This document shows, piece by piece, positions 1 to 8,130 of a stretch of DNA of 41,773 nt. The DNA comes from Actinomycetota bacterium (GTDB lineage: Bacteria; Actinomycetota; AC-67): NCBI GenBank assembly GCA_005884515.1, contig VAWS01000050.1, forward strand, positions 1 to 41,773. Reading direction: 5' to 3'. The translations under genes and the position numbers were made by a program. The notes under the pieces are model-generated. The model was not told the origin of the DNA and ran no database searches. It saw only the letters and a list, made by a program, of their open reading frames with translations. The first letter of the stretch is position 1. Each line of letters begins with the position of its first letter.

Positions 1-1376
1 CTGACGTCGATCTCGCCCGAACCCACGTCGTTCGGGTTCGTCGACGCGACGTTGTGGGCCGTCGACGTGAAGGCGAACTTCACGCGGTCGGGACTCCACG
101 TCGGACGCGACTGCAGCAGCAGGGCCGCCGCACCGGACACGACGCCCGCGGCCTGCGAGGTGCCGCTGCCCTTGTGGTAGTAGGCGTCCATGTGCGGGAA
201 GTTCTGGTCGATCGTGCTTCCGGGCGACCGGAGAGAGACGATGTGCGTACCGGGGGCAACGACGTCCGGCTTGGTGATGCCGTCCGAAGCCGTCGGTCCG
301 CGGGCGGAGAAGTCGGGGATGAAATCGTCGCCGAGACCCGGCGTGCCGCTGTCGTCGACGGCGCCGACCGTGATGACGAAGGGGTCGTCGGCGGGCTTCG
401 AGATCGTTCCCGGGTTTGGGCCGGCGTTGCCGGCAGACACGATGACGGTGATGCCGGCCTGCCAGGCCTGCTCAACTGCGTAGTCGAACGGATCGGTGCG
501 GTAGGTCTGAACTCCGTTCGTTCCCAGAGAAAGGTTGAGGACCTTGATGTTGTAGCGGTTCTTGAACGAAACGACCCACTGCAACGCAGCGAGCACGTTG
601 CTGACGTCCGTCGTGCCGTTCGCGCCCGCGATCTTGATCGAGATGAGGTTGACGGCGGGCGCCATCCCTGCGTACTGGCCGCCGGAGGAGGCTCCGCTGC
701 CCGCGATGATGCCGGCGATGAACGTGCCGTGACCGTAAGAGTCGTTGCAGTTCGACTCGCCGGAGAAGTTCGCGCACGGTGCGTTCGTCAAGCCGAGCGG
801 ATCAGTCGTGACGGGTACCACGCGGCCCGCGAGGTCGGGAACGTTGGCGATGCCCGTGTCGATCAACGCGACGGTGACGCCGCTGCCGCTGTACCCGCTG
901 TTCCACATCTTGTCGGCGTTGACCGCCTTGGGGTACACGGACCGCACCTTCGAGGAGTCCGGCGCGCCGAGCATGTGAACCTTGGCGTCCAGAGAGATCG
1001 TGCTTACGGGCGGTATCTTCGCGAGGGAGTGGATCGCGCTCGACGGAATCGTGGCGGCGATCGCGTGAGCGATCGGAAGCAGACGAGTCACCCGTCCGCC
1101 GATCTTCCCAACGGCGGACTTGACGATGTGCACGTCCGTCGTCTGGATGATCACACGGACGTTGCCCTTCACTCCTTGAAGCGCCGGATCGATGTGCGTG
1201 CGGCCCGCGGTCGGCAACGACGCCCGGGGAGCGACCGGCGCGGTAAGGGATGCAGGGATGACGCGCTCGTGGATGGCGGTGCGCGCAGCGCCTAACGGAA
1301 CGAAAACCGCTGCGGCGGCGACGATCGATGCGAGAAGTGTTGCCGTCCGGCGATGCAGTGTCGCTGCGAACGTCAT
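1..1376 (-). CDS. Secreted subtilisin-like serine peptidase (S8 family); 3' end runs off the window
   Basis: Absent from the ORF track because no stop lies inside the window. Hand translation of the minus strand from ATG 1376..1374 gives a signal-like N-terminus (MTFAATLHRRTATLLASIVAAAAVFVP). The S8 triad contexts follow: VALIDTGI (Asp), YGHGTFIAGIIAG (His) and GSGTSQAAGVVSGAAALL (Ser). A GAAGGGAAGGG SD-like run lies upstream. Confidence 0.85.
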   Translation of the reverse strand, partial: MTFAATLHRRTATLLASIVAAAAVFVPLGAARTAIHERVIPASLTAPVAPRASLPTAGRTHIDPALQGVKGNVRVIIQTTDVHIVKSAVGKIGGRVTRLLPIAHAIAATIPSSAIHSLAKIPPVSTISLDAKVHMLGAPDSSKVRSVYPKAVNADKMWNSGYSGSGVTVALIDTGIANVPDLAGRVVPVTTDPLGLTNAPCANFSGESNCNDSYGHGTFIAGIIAGSGASSGGQYAGMAPAVNLISIKIAGANGTTDVSNVLAALQWVVSFKNRYNIKVLNLSLGTNGVQTYRTDPFDYAVEQAWQAGITVIVSAGNAGPNPGTISKPADDPFVITVGAVDDSGTPGLGDDFIPDFSARGPTASDGITKPDVVAPGTHIVSLRSPGSTIDQNFPHMDAYYHKGSGTSQAAGVVSGAAALLLQSRPTWSPDRVKFAFTSTAHNVASTNPNDVGSGEIDV

Positions 1377-1621
1377 AGGGTGGGCCCTTCCCTTCGACTG
1401 CGGCGCTCTTTCGCCGTTACACGATTGTTCGGCCGCACGCCGTGAAGGAACATAGACAGGCAGCGCTAAATGATCGGGTGATCTTCACCCGCACACATGG
1501 TCATTTCGGGTTGCCCTGAGACCGAAAAAATCAGCCTTTGCCGGGTGAGAACGGGGCGTATCGATCGCGAACCGATAGGCTCGGAGACCTAGCGGCTATG
1601 GGCAGCGATGGGTTCGGTGGC

Positions 1622-2344
1622 CTACACCAACTCATCTGCAAGCCGGAAATACTCTCCCGATTGCGACTGTCGTATCCAATCCTGGCCGAAAACGCTCGTC
1701 ATCCCCTCGATCTGCGAATCGTGCGCCATCACCGCTTGCACCTTCAGCTCGAGCAGATCCGGCGGGATGTCGATGCGGATCGCGAGCTCGTCGTCGGGAG
1801 TGATCGGCGGCGTGCCGGGTGCGAAGACGTTGAACCGGTTGAGGTAATCGACCCAGCGATCTGCGAACGCTTTCGTCTGCGTCGCGTAGTACAGCGTCGA
1901 CCCCTTCGGGGATGCTCGACGGAATGCTTCGGTCGTCCACGCGCTCACTGCTTTGTGATCGTCGTGTCCCGTCATGCCTTCGGGTCCGAACGTGATGACC
2001 GTCGTCGGCTGCACGTCTTCGATGAACGGCCGAACCATCGCGACGCCGTCCTCGAGGGCAACCTTGTCCGCCGTTCCGTCGTAGATGCCGAGCCACGAGT
2101 GCTCGTTCACGCCGAGGATCTCCAGGCAGCGCATGAGCTCGGCTTCGCGGATCTCGCCCATCCTCGGCGTCGGCCACCGTTCCTCGTCCCACGTTCCGGC
2201 TTCGCCCTTCGTCGCCGTCACGACGACGACGCGCTGGCCGTTGCGCCGGGCCCACGCCATCAGCGCGGCGGAGAGGTAGGCCTCATCGTCCGGATGCGCC
2301 CACACACCGAGGATCGTGCCGAGCTCGCGTACGTCTTTCGTCAT
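1622..2344 (-). CDS. PIG-L/LmbE family N-acetylglucosaminyl deacetylase
   Basis: This is the C-terminal third of the 739-aa track ORF. It starts MTKDVRELGTILGVWAHPDDEAYL (AHPDDE zinc motif) and later has GHDDHKA. ATG 2344..2342 overlaps the upstream stop as ATGA. Confidence 0.88.
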   Translation of the reverse strand: MTKDVRELGTILGVWAHPDDEAYLSAALMAWARRNGQRVVVVTATKGEAGTWDEERWPTPRMGEIREAELMRCLEILGVNEHSWLGIYDGTADKVALEDGVAMVRPFIEDVQPTTVITFGPEGMTGHDDHKAVSAWTTEAFRRASPKGSTLYYATQTKAFADRWVDYLNRFNVFAPGTPPITPDDELAIRIDIPPDLLELKVQAVMAHDSQIEGMTSVFGQDWIRQSQSGEYFRLADELV

Positions 2345-3841
2345 CGAAGTCCCCCGGGTCTCATCGTCGAATCGAAGCGCGCGCCGATCTCGGCTGCGAC
2401 GTCGAGCAGCATGTCGATCTCTTCCGCTTCGGTGCGGAAGTTCACGATGCACGCGCGCAGCACGAACCGGCCGTTCAACACCGCGTTCGAGCAGAACGCG
2501 CGCCCGTCGAGCTGCAGCTCGGTCATGAGGCGCTCGTTCAGCTCGTCGAGGTATTCGTCCCGTCCGGGGCCGGGTCGCCGGCAGGCCCGGCGGCACGTAA
2601 CGGAAGCAGCAGATCGACAGCACCGTCGGCGCCATCACCTCGAACTCGGGCCGTTCGGCCGCGCGCGCATCGAGGTACCGTGCGAGCGCCGCGTCGTGGC
2701 TGATGCGCTGCGCGTAGGCTGCTCGCCCGTGCGCCAGCAGCGAGACCCACACCTTCAGCGCTTGGAAGCCGCGCGAGAACTGCGGGCCCATCTGTGCGAA
2801 ATCGGTCCCGCGGCCCGTCGCGTCGAGGTCTTGGTAGATGTAGCTCGGATGCACACCGAAGGACTCGCCGAGCACCGTGAAGTCTCGCACGACGACACAT
2901 CCGCCCGAGTGCGGCGTGTACAGCCACTTGTGGGGGTCGAACGCGATCGAGTCGGCGCGCTCGATGCCGGCGTAGAGCGGGCGAAGGTCGTCGGCCAAGA
3001 CGCCGGGCCCCCCGTAAGCGCCGTCGACGTGCAGCCAGAGGCCGTACTCGTCGGCGAGGTCGGCGAGCTCGTTCAGCGGATCGATCGAGCCGGTTGCAAC
3101 ACTGCCGGCGCTCGCGACGATGGCGATCGGCCGCGACCGATCGGTGAGGTCCATCTCTATCGACCGGCGGACCTCGTCCGGTCGCATGCGGAACCGGTCG
3201 TCGATCGCGATGTGACGGCAGGCCTGCGTGCCGAGGCCGAGCATGTCCGCCGCCCGGTCGACAACCGAGTGGACCTCTTCCGATGCGTACAGCGTCATCC
3301 GCGGCTCGCCCTGCACGCCGCGCGCGCGCACCTCTTTCCCGCCCTTGGCATCGCGCGCGGCCTTGAGCCCGATGAAGTTCGCCATCGCGCCCCCGGAGGT
3401 GAGCAGGCCGCCGGACCCTTCCGGCAAGCCGAACTGGGCGGCCAGCCACTTCGTCAGATTCAACTCGATCTCGCTGGCCGCCGGCGAGAGGCGCCAGCCC
3501 CCGACGTTCTGGTTGACGGCTGCGGCGATCAGGTCGCCGGCGACCCCCGGGACGGTGCCGGCCCCCGACACGTACGCCATAAAGCCGGGATGCCCGGGGT
3601 ACATGGAGTGCTCGAGGACGACCGATCGCAGATGCGCCATGAGATCGTCGAGCGGCATCGGCTCGTCGGGGACGTCGAGCGACACGGCTGCTCGAACCTC
3701 TTCCGCGCGCTCCCGGCGGCCGATCGAAAGGTCGGGAAGCTTCTCGAGCAGCTCGACCCAGAGATCCAGCGCGCGCTCGCCGAGCTCGCGCGCGCGCTTC
3801 GGATCCCAGTCGAGGTCGCGGAACGGTTCTGGCCTGTCCAT
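2341..3841 (-). pseudogene. PLP-dependent group II (aromatic/glutamate-type) amino-acid decarboxylase, frameshifted near its 3' end
   Basis: The N-terminal 420 aa, in the frame of ORF 1622..3841, carry group II decarboxylase features (HPGFMAYVSGAG, SGGAMANF, DPHKW lysine motif). After RYVPPGLP the frame turns Arg-rich. The true C-terminus (DEYLDELNERLMTELQLDGRAFCSNAVLNGRFVLRACIVNFRTEAEEID) lies in the frame of ORF 2341..2526. The span is 1501 nt, which is 3n+1. Confidence 0.8.
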
Positions 3842-3854
3842 GTGACGTCGAAGG

Positions 3855-4148
3855 TTAACCCCGGCCGACGAAAACTAGCGCCCAGACGACGACGCCGACT
3901 ATGACGATCGTCACAAGCCACTTGGCCTCGGGCGGGAATTCTTCGTGCCGCCAGAACAGAACAAGGCCGGCCGGCGGGAACACGCACATGATCACGAAGA
4001 TGAACCAGAGGCGTTCGCGAAGAGGAACGGGAACGTCTTCTTCGACCGGCGTCTGACCGTTGTTCGAGATGGCGTCCTCCCTTCGGGGACGATAGCGCAG
4101 GGTGCCTGATAGCAGGTGGATATTGCCCTTTCGCCCGGCTCGACACAC
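3855..4148 (-). CDS. Small two-helix membrane protein; start uncertain
   Basis: ORF track 97 aa. Two hydrophobic helices are present (LWFIFVIMCVFPPAGLVLFW and WLVTIVIVGVVVWALVFV). Codons before about 4070 look non-coding. A GGGAGGA SD at 4075..4081 suggests the real start is near 4070. Confidence 0.55.
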   Translation of the reverse strand: MCRAGRKGNIHLLSGTLRYRPRREDAISNNGQTPVEEDVPVPLRERLWFIFVIMCVFPPAGLVLFWRHEEFPPEAKWLVTIVIVGVVVWALVFVGRG

Positions 4149-4301
4149 CGTTTAGACTGAGCCCCCCAACCGGGTCCCCCCGGCACGAGGAGGTCTGCGT
4201 GGCCGAAACGACCGATCGCTTCACGGATGCCATCGGCGAGCTCGATGCCGTCGCCGACGAGGTGACCCCGGACCACGCCGCGCGAACGTTCGCGCGGGCT
4301 G

Positions 4302-4685
4302 ATGGCGAGCCTCGGCGAGATCATGACCAAGGACGTCTACACGACGACCGGTGAAACGCCGGTGCTGGCCGCCGCGCAAGCGATGGTCAAAGGCCGCTTC
4401 GGCTCGGCGGTGATCGTTGAAGCCGGCTGGCTCGTCGGGATCTTCACCGAGCGGGACGTGTTGCGCGCGGCGGCGTCCGGCAAAGACCTCTCGGCGACAC
4501 CGGTCTCTGAGTGGATGACGAAAGACCCGCAGACCGTGACCGCGGAGATGGAGTCGGAAGAGGCCGCGCAGATCATGGCCGCGAACGGCTTCCGGCACCT
4601 TCCGGTGATGGACGGGAAAAACGTGCTCGGCGTGGTCAGCCTGCGCGACGTGATGGGCGCGCGCATCGGGCGCGCGGTGCGTTAA
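4302..4685 (+). CDS. CBS domain pair protein
   Basis: 127 aa. The N-terminus has the typical IMTKDVYTT pattern, followed by two CBS repeats (GIFTERDVLRA and GVVSLRDVM). Confidence 0.88.
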   Translation: MASLGEIMTKDVYTTTGETPVLAAAQAMVKGRFGSAVIVEAGWLVGIFTERDVLRAAASGKDLSATPVSEWMTKDPQTVTAEMESEEAAQIMAANGFRHLPVMDGKNVLGVVSLRDVMGARIGRAVR

Positions 4686-5137
4686 GCCTTTTCTCCGTTC
4701 GAGCCGCCCTGCGCTTCGCTCATCGGCAGGATCACTTGCGTGGCGGTTGCCTTGCACGCGACCTTGTCCCGATCGTCGACGAACGTCGCCTCGACGTGCG
4801 CCTGCCGACGGCCCCTGTTGAGTACTTCCGCGACGATGTGGAGATCGGTCGTGACCGGACGGAAGTAGGCGACGCGGAGATCAGACGTCGTGAAGAACTC
4901 TTCGTCGGTCAGCACGGATGACATCGCGAGACCGGTGAAGCTGTCGGCGAGCGCGGCGAGGTAACCCCCGAAGACGGATCCGCCGGCGTGGAACATGTCC
5001 TTATCGAGCTCCCAGTCGCCCCAGACGCGGCCGGGCTCCCAGCCGGCGATGCGCGGAAGCTTGAGCGCGAGAACCATTGGCGGCGGCGTGCCGACACCGG
5101 CGACGACATTGTCGAGGAACTCGGTCCAGAAACTCAT
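4682..5137 (-). CDS. PaaI/4HBT-type hotdog-fold thioesterase
   Basis: 151 aa with the GGSVFGGYLAALADSFTG motif typical of PaaI thioesterases. Its stop overlaps the CBS gene stop as TTAA. Confidence 0.85.
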   Translation of the reverse strand: MSFWTEFLDNVVAGVGTPPPMVLALKLPRIAGWEPGRVWGDWELDKDMFHAGGSVFGGYLAALADSFTGLAMSSVLTDEEFFTTSDLRVAYFRPVTTDLHIVAEVLNRGRRQAHVEATFVDDRDKVACKATATQVILPMSEAQGGSNGEKA

Positions 5138-5144
5138 GAGGGCA

Positions 5145-5150
5145 AGAGTA
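5145..5150 (-). promoter_or_regulatory. Housekeeping-type -10 box (TACTCT) placed for a leaderless thioesterase mRNA
   Basis: On the minus strand TACTCT lies 7 nt upstream of ATG 5137. No Shine-Dalgarno sequence is present. Confidence 0.3.
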
Positions 5151-5174
5151 CCGGTAGCTGCGAGCTACGAGTTA

Positions 5175-5220
5175 CTTGGTCCGGAATGACCCTCACATAC
5201 GAGGGTAGATCCGGACCAAG
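5175..5220 (-). terminator. Long imperfect hairpin just 3' of the enolase-superfamily gene
   Basis: CTTGGTCCGGA (5175..5185) pairs with TCCGGACCAAG (5210..5220). An inner CCCTC/GAGGG stem has a 6-nt loop. No U-tract follows. Confidence 0.4.
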
Positions 5221-5226
5221 ACGTCG

Positions 5227-6312
5227 CTAGGCGGCGAAGCGTTCGGCGTCCGCGCGCTTCAGCTCTATGCCGAGGCCCGGTCTCGAGAGATCCGGACGCA
5301 GGTACCCATGATCAGGGACCAGAGCGCCGTCGAACAGCATCCGCTCGATACGCGCGTGATCCAGGAAATACTCGACGTGGCGGGCGCGCGGGACCGCGCA
5401 CGCCACGTGGGCGTGCAGCGTGGGCGCGGTGTGCGGCGACAGCGGCACACCGCGCGCATCGCACATCGCACCGACGGCGAGCAGCCCGCTCACGCCACCG
5501 CATCTCGTTCCGTCCGGCTGGACCACGTCGACACTCTCGAACATCGGCGAGAAGTACGCGGGCTCGTACCCATACTCCCCCGCGGTGATCTCCATCTGCG
5601 CCGGCGAGCGGTCTCGTAGCAGCCGCAAGCCCTCGAGATCGTCCGACGACACCGGCTCCTCGAACCACGTCACGCCGAAGTCGGCGAACTCGAACGCCTT
5701 GTCGAGCGCCTCCTTCCGCACGTACGCGCCGTTCGCGTCGACGAACAGCAACGGCACGTCCCCGATCGCGTGACGCGCGGCGTGCACGCGGTCCACATCT
5801 TCCGGCGGGCGCCGGCCGACCTTCATCTTCACGGCGCCCATCCCGTCCTCGACCCAGTGCTGCAGCTGCGCCTCGAGCTGATCCTGCGTGTACGACGTGA
5901 ACCCGCCGCTGCCGTAGCACTGGATCTCGTCCCGTACCTTGCCCAACAAGGTCGCGAGAGGCTGCTCGAGCACGCGAGCTTTGCAATCCCACAGCGCGAT
6001 ATCGAGCGCGGACACGGCCATCATCCCGACGCCCGGCCGGCCGATGTTACGCAGCGCGCGTCGCATGTCCTCGTGCACGCCGGCGATGTCCATCGCGTTC
6101 CGGCCGCGAACGACGTCCGCCAGCACGGTGTCGGCGATCACAGCCGATGCGGCGTGGCCGTACGTGTAGCCGAAACCACGAACGCCACCGGCTTGTACCT
6201 CAACAACGACGATCGTCGTCGATTCCCACGCGAGCGTCCCGTCGGACTCCGGCGTCTCGGTCGGGATCGTGAATGTCGAGACGTCGACGCCGCTGATCGG
6301 TGTGTCGGTCAT
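5227..6312 (-). CDS. Enolase-superfamily enzyme (mandelate racemase/muconate lactonizing family)
   Basis: 361 aa with VKMKVG (KxK), FVDANGAY, WFEEP and ITAGE metal-ligand contexts. Confidence 0.9.
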   Translation of the reverse strand: MTDTPISGVDVSTFTIPTETPESDGTLAWESTTIVVVEVQAGGVRGFGYTYGHAASAVIADTVLADVVRGRNAMDIAGVHEDMRRALRNIGRPGVGMMAVSALDIALWDCKARVLEQPLATLLGKVRDEIQCYGSGGFTSYTQDQLEAQLQHWVEDGMGAVKMKVGRRPPEDVDRVHAARHAIGDVPLLFVDANGAYVRKEALDKAFEFADFGVTWFEEPVSSDDLEGLRLLRDRSPAQMEITAGEYGYEPAYFSPMFESVDVVQPDGTRCGGVSGLLAVGAMCDARGVPLSPHTAPTLHAHVACAVPRARHVEYFLDHARIERMLFDGALVPDHGYLRPDLSRPGLGIELKRADAERFAA

Positions 6313-6321
6313 GGTGCGCGC

Positions 6322-6347
6322 CTACCCCGCCGGCGCGGAAGGCAAAC
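6322..6347 (-). promoter_or_regulatory. SigB/SigF-type promoter candidate, GTTT-N16-GGGTAG, for the enolase-superfamily gene
   Basis: Minus strand reads GTTTgccttccgcgccggcgGGGTAG. The -10 box overlaps the TAG stop of the GH15 gene and ends 9 nt before ATG 6312, so the mRNA would be near-leaderless. Confidence 0.55.
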
Positions 6348-8130
6348 GGTTCTCTGAAAGCGCAACGGCAGCCGCGATGTGCGAGAGATGCGTCAGACCT
6401 TGCGGGAAGTTGCCACGCAGCTCACCCGCGTCGACGTCGAACTGCTCAGAGAAAAGGCCGAGGTCGTTCGCCGTCGCGACCGTATTGTCGAACCACACGC
6501 GCGCCCGCTCCTTGCGCCCCTGACGCGCGTAGACTTCCGCCAGCCAGAACGAGCACGGAAGGAACGCACCCTTCTCCTCGACGCCGTCGTCGTCGGCGTA
6601 CCGTCGCAGCAATCCCCCGACACCGAGCTCCTCGGCGATCGCGTCCGCCGTTCGCATCATCCGGTCGTCGTCGTACGCGCAGAAGTCGACAAAGGGAATC
6701 AGCAGCAACGAGGCGTCGAGCGCGCGCGACCCGAACTCGCGCACGAACACGCCGCGCTTGTCGTCGAAGCCGTCGCCCTCGACCGCTTCGCGGATCTCCT
6801 TACGCATCCGTTCCCAGCGATCCGTCGGCGCGCGGCGCGCGGACGCCTCGGCAAGCTTGAGCGCGCGATCGACGGCCGCCCAGCACATCACTTTCGAGTG
6901 CACGAAGTGTCTCGGTTCGCCGCGGACCTCCCAGATCCCCCGATCGGGCTCGGTCCAGCGCTCGCACGCGGTGTCGACCATCTCGACGATGAACTCCCAA
7001 TAGTCGTCGTCGGGCGAACGGCCGCGCTCGTACCAGCGCCATGCGAGGTCCATGGCTTCCCCGTACACGTCGAGCTGCTCCTGCCGCCACGCGTCGTTGC
7101 CGATCCGAACCGGCGCACAGCCGCGGTAGCCCTCCAGGTCCTCGAGCTCGATCTCGGTCAGGCGACGCTCGCCGCCGATCCCGTACACAACCTGGATGTC
7201 CGTACCGGTGCCGGCCGCGCTTCGTTCGACGAACCGCCGGAAACCTTCGGGCTCCTTCTCGTACCCGAGCTCGAAGAGCGCGCGCACCGTGAAGGTCGAG
7301 TCGCGGACCCAGCTATAGCGGTAGTCCCAGTTCGCATCGCCGGGGATGAGCGCCGGAAGCGACGTGGTCGGCGCCGCTGCGATCGCACCGGTCGGCGCGA
7401 ACGTCAGCGCTTTCAGCACCGCCGCCGACCGGATCGTGCCGGCCACGTACGGCCCGTCGAACTGCGCCTCGCGCGCCCACTGCTCCCACCACGTGAGCGT
7501 CTCGTCCAGCCGGCTGTCGAGCTCGTGCTGTTCCGGCGCCACCGCAGCCTGGTCGTCCAAGAGCTCCGGTTCGACGTAACGGATCGACAGGCGCACACGC
7601 TCGCCGGCGCGCACGACGATCCGCGCGGCAAGGTTGTGCCGGTCCACGCGCTCCATCGGGAAATCGCTCGCGAAGAGCAGCCCTTGCGCGCCGCCGATCG
7701 CGCTGTAGAGCTGCGCGCCCTCTCGCCGGAACCACGGGTTCACTTCGCCGTAGTCGAAACGAGGGGACGCGTGCAGATCGAGCTCGACGCGGCCGCGCAC
7801 GCCTTCGACGATCCGGATCAGCTGTCGGTACGGGCGGTCGCGCCCACCCCGGCGCATCGCGAAGAAGTCGTAAAGGCGCGCTTCGCCGCCGCCCGCGCGG
7901 AACGTCGTCTCGAGCACGAGCGAGTCGTTCACATACCGGCGCGACGTCTCGGCCCCGTCGGCCCCGATCGAACAGAACCCGCCGCGTTCGCGGTCGAGCA
8001 GGCGTCCGAAGACGCTCGGCGAGTCCAGACGTGGCGTGCAGCACCAGTCGATGGACCCGTCGCGCGAGACCAGCGCCGACGAGTGGCAGTCGCCGATCAG
8101 CGCGTAGTCGCCGATCGGTGGGTAGCTCAT
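6322..8130 (-). CDS. Glycoside hydrolase family 15 (glucoamylase/trehalase-like)
   Basis: 602 aa. The N-terminus IGDYALIGDCHSSALVSRDGSIDWCCTPRLDSPSVFGRLLD is the conserved GH15 N-domain signature. ATGA overlap with the upstream SDR stop. Confidence 0.9.
   Translation of the reverse strand: MSYPPIGDYALIGDCHSSALVSRDGSIDWCCTPRLDSPSVFGRLLDRERGGFCSIGADGAETSRRYVNDSLVLETTFRAGGGEARLYDFFAMRRGGRDRPYRQLIRIVEGVRGRVELDLHASPRFDYGEVNPWFRREGAQLYSAIGGAQGLLFASDFPMERVDRHNLAARIVVRAGERVRLSIRYVEPELLDDQAAVAPEQHELDSRLDETLTWWEQWAREAQFDGPYVAGTIRSAAVLKALTFAPTGAIAAAPTTSLPALIPGDANWDYRYSWVRDSTFTVRALFELGYEKEPEGFRRFVERSAAGTGTDIQVVYGIGGERRLTEIELEDLEGYRGCAPVRIGNDAWRQEQLDVYGEAMDLAWRWYERGRSPDDDYWEFIVEMVDTACERWTEPDRGIWEVRGEPRHFVHSKVMCWAAVDRALKLAEASARRAPTDRWERMRKEIREAVEGDGFDDKRGVFVREFGSRALDASLLLIPFVDFCAYDDDRMMRTADAIAEELGVGGLLRRYADDDGVEEKGAFLPCSFWLAEVYARQGRKERARVWFDNTVATANDLGLFSEQFDVDAGELRGNFPQGLTHLSHIAAAVALSENRLPSAPAG

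Noticed and set aside
54-1295. 413-aa plus-strand ORF, and similar long ORFs at 1538-3904, 6379-8436, 10245-12626, 12371-14206, 15777-17924, 17964-20048, 24965-26332, 26266-27900 and 34391-36898
   Set aside because: All are Arg/Ala/Pro/Gly-rich with no recognisable motifs. Each lies antisense to, or out of frame with, a gene that has clear family signatures. Long open antisense frames are expected in DNA this GC-rich.
1377-1621. 245-nt spacer upstream of the first S8 protease, checked for tRNA, small RNA, terminator or the sigma motif
   Set aside because: Only a small GGGTGA/TCACCC hairpin and an A6 run are present. There is no cloverleaf, no convincing terminator stem next to the T-run and no GTTT...GGGNA match.
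1622-3841. Single 739-aa ORF that looks like a decarboxylase-deacetylase fusion protein
   Set aside because: The middle ~80 residues are Arg-rich nonsense. The true decarboxylase C-terminus is in another frame (2341-2526). The LmbE part has its own ATG in an ATGA overlap. This is read-through created by a frameshift, not a fusion.
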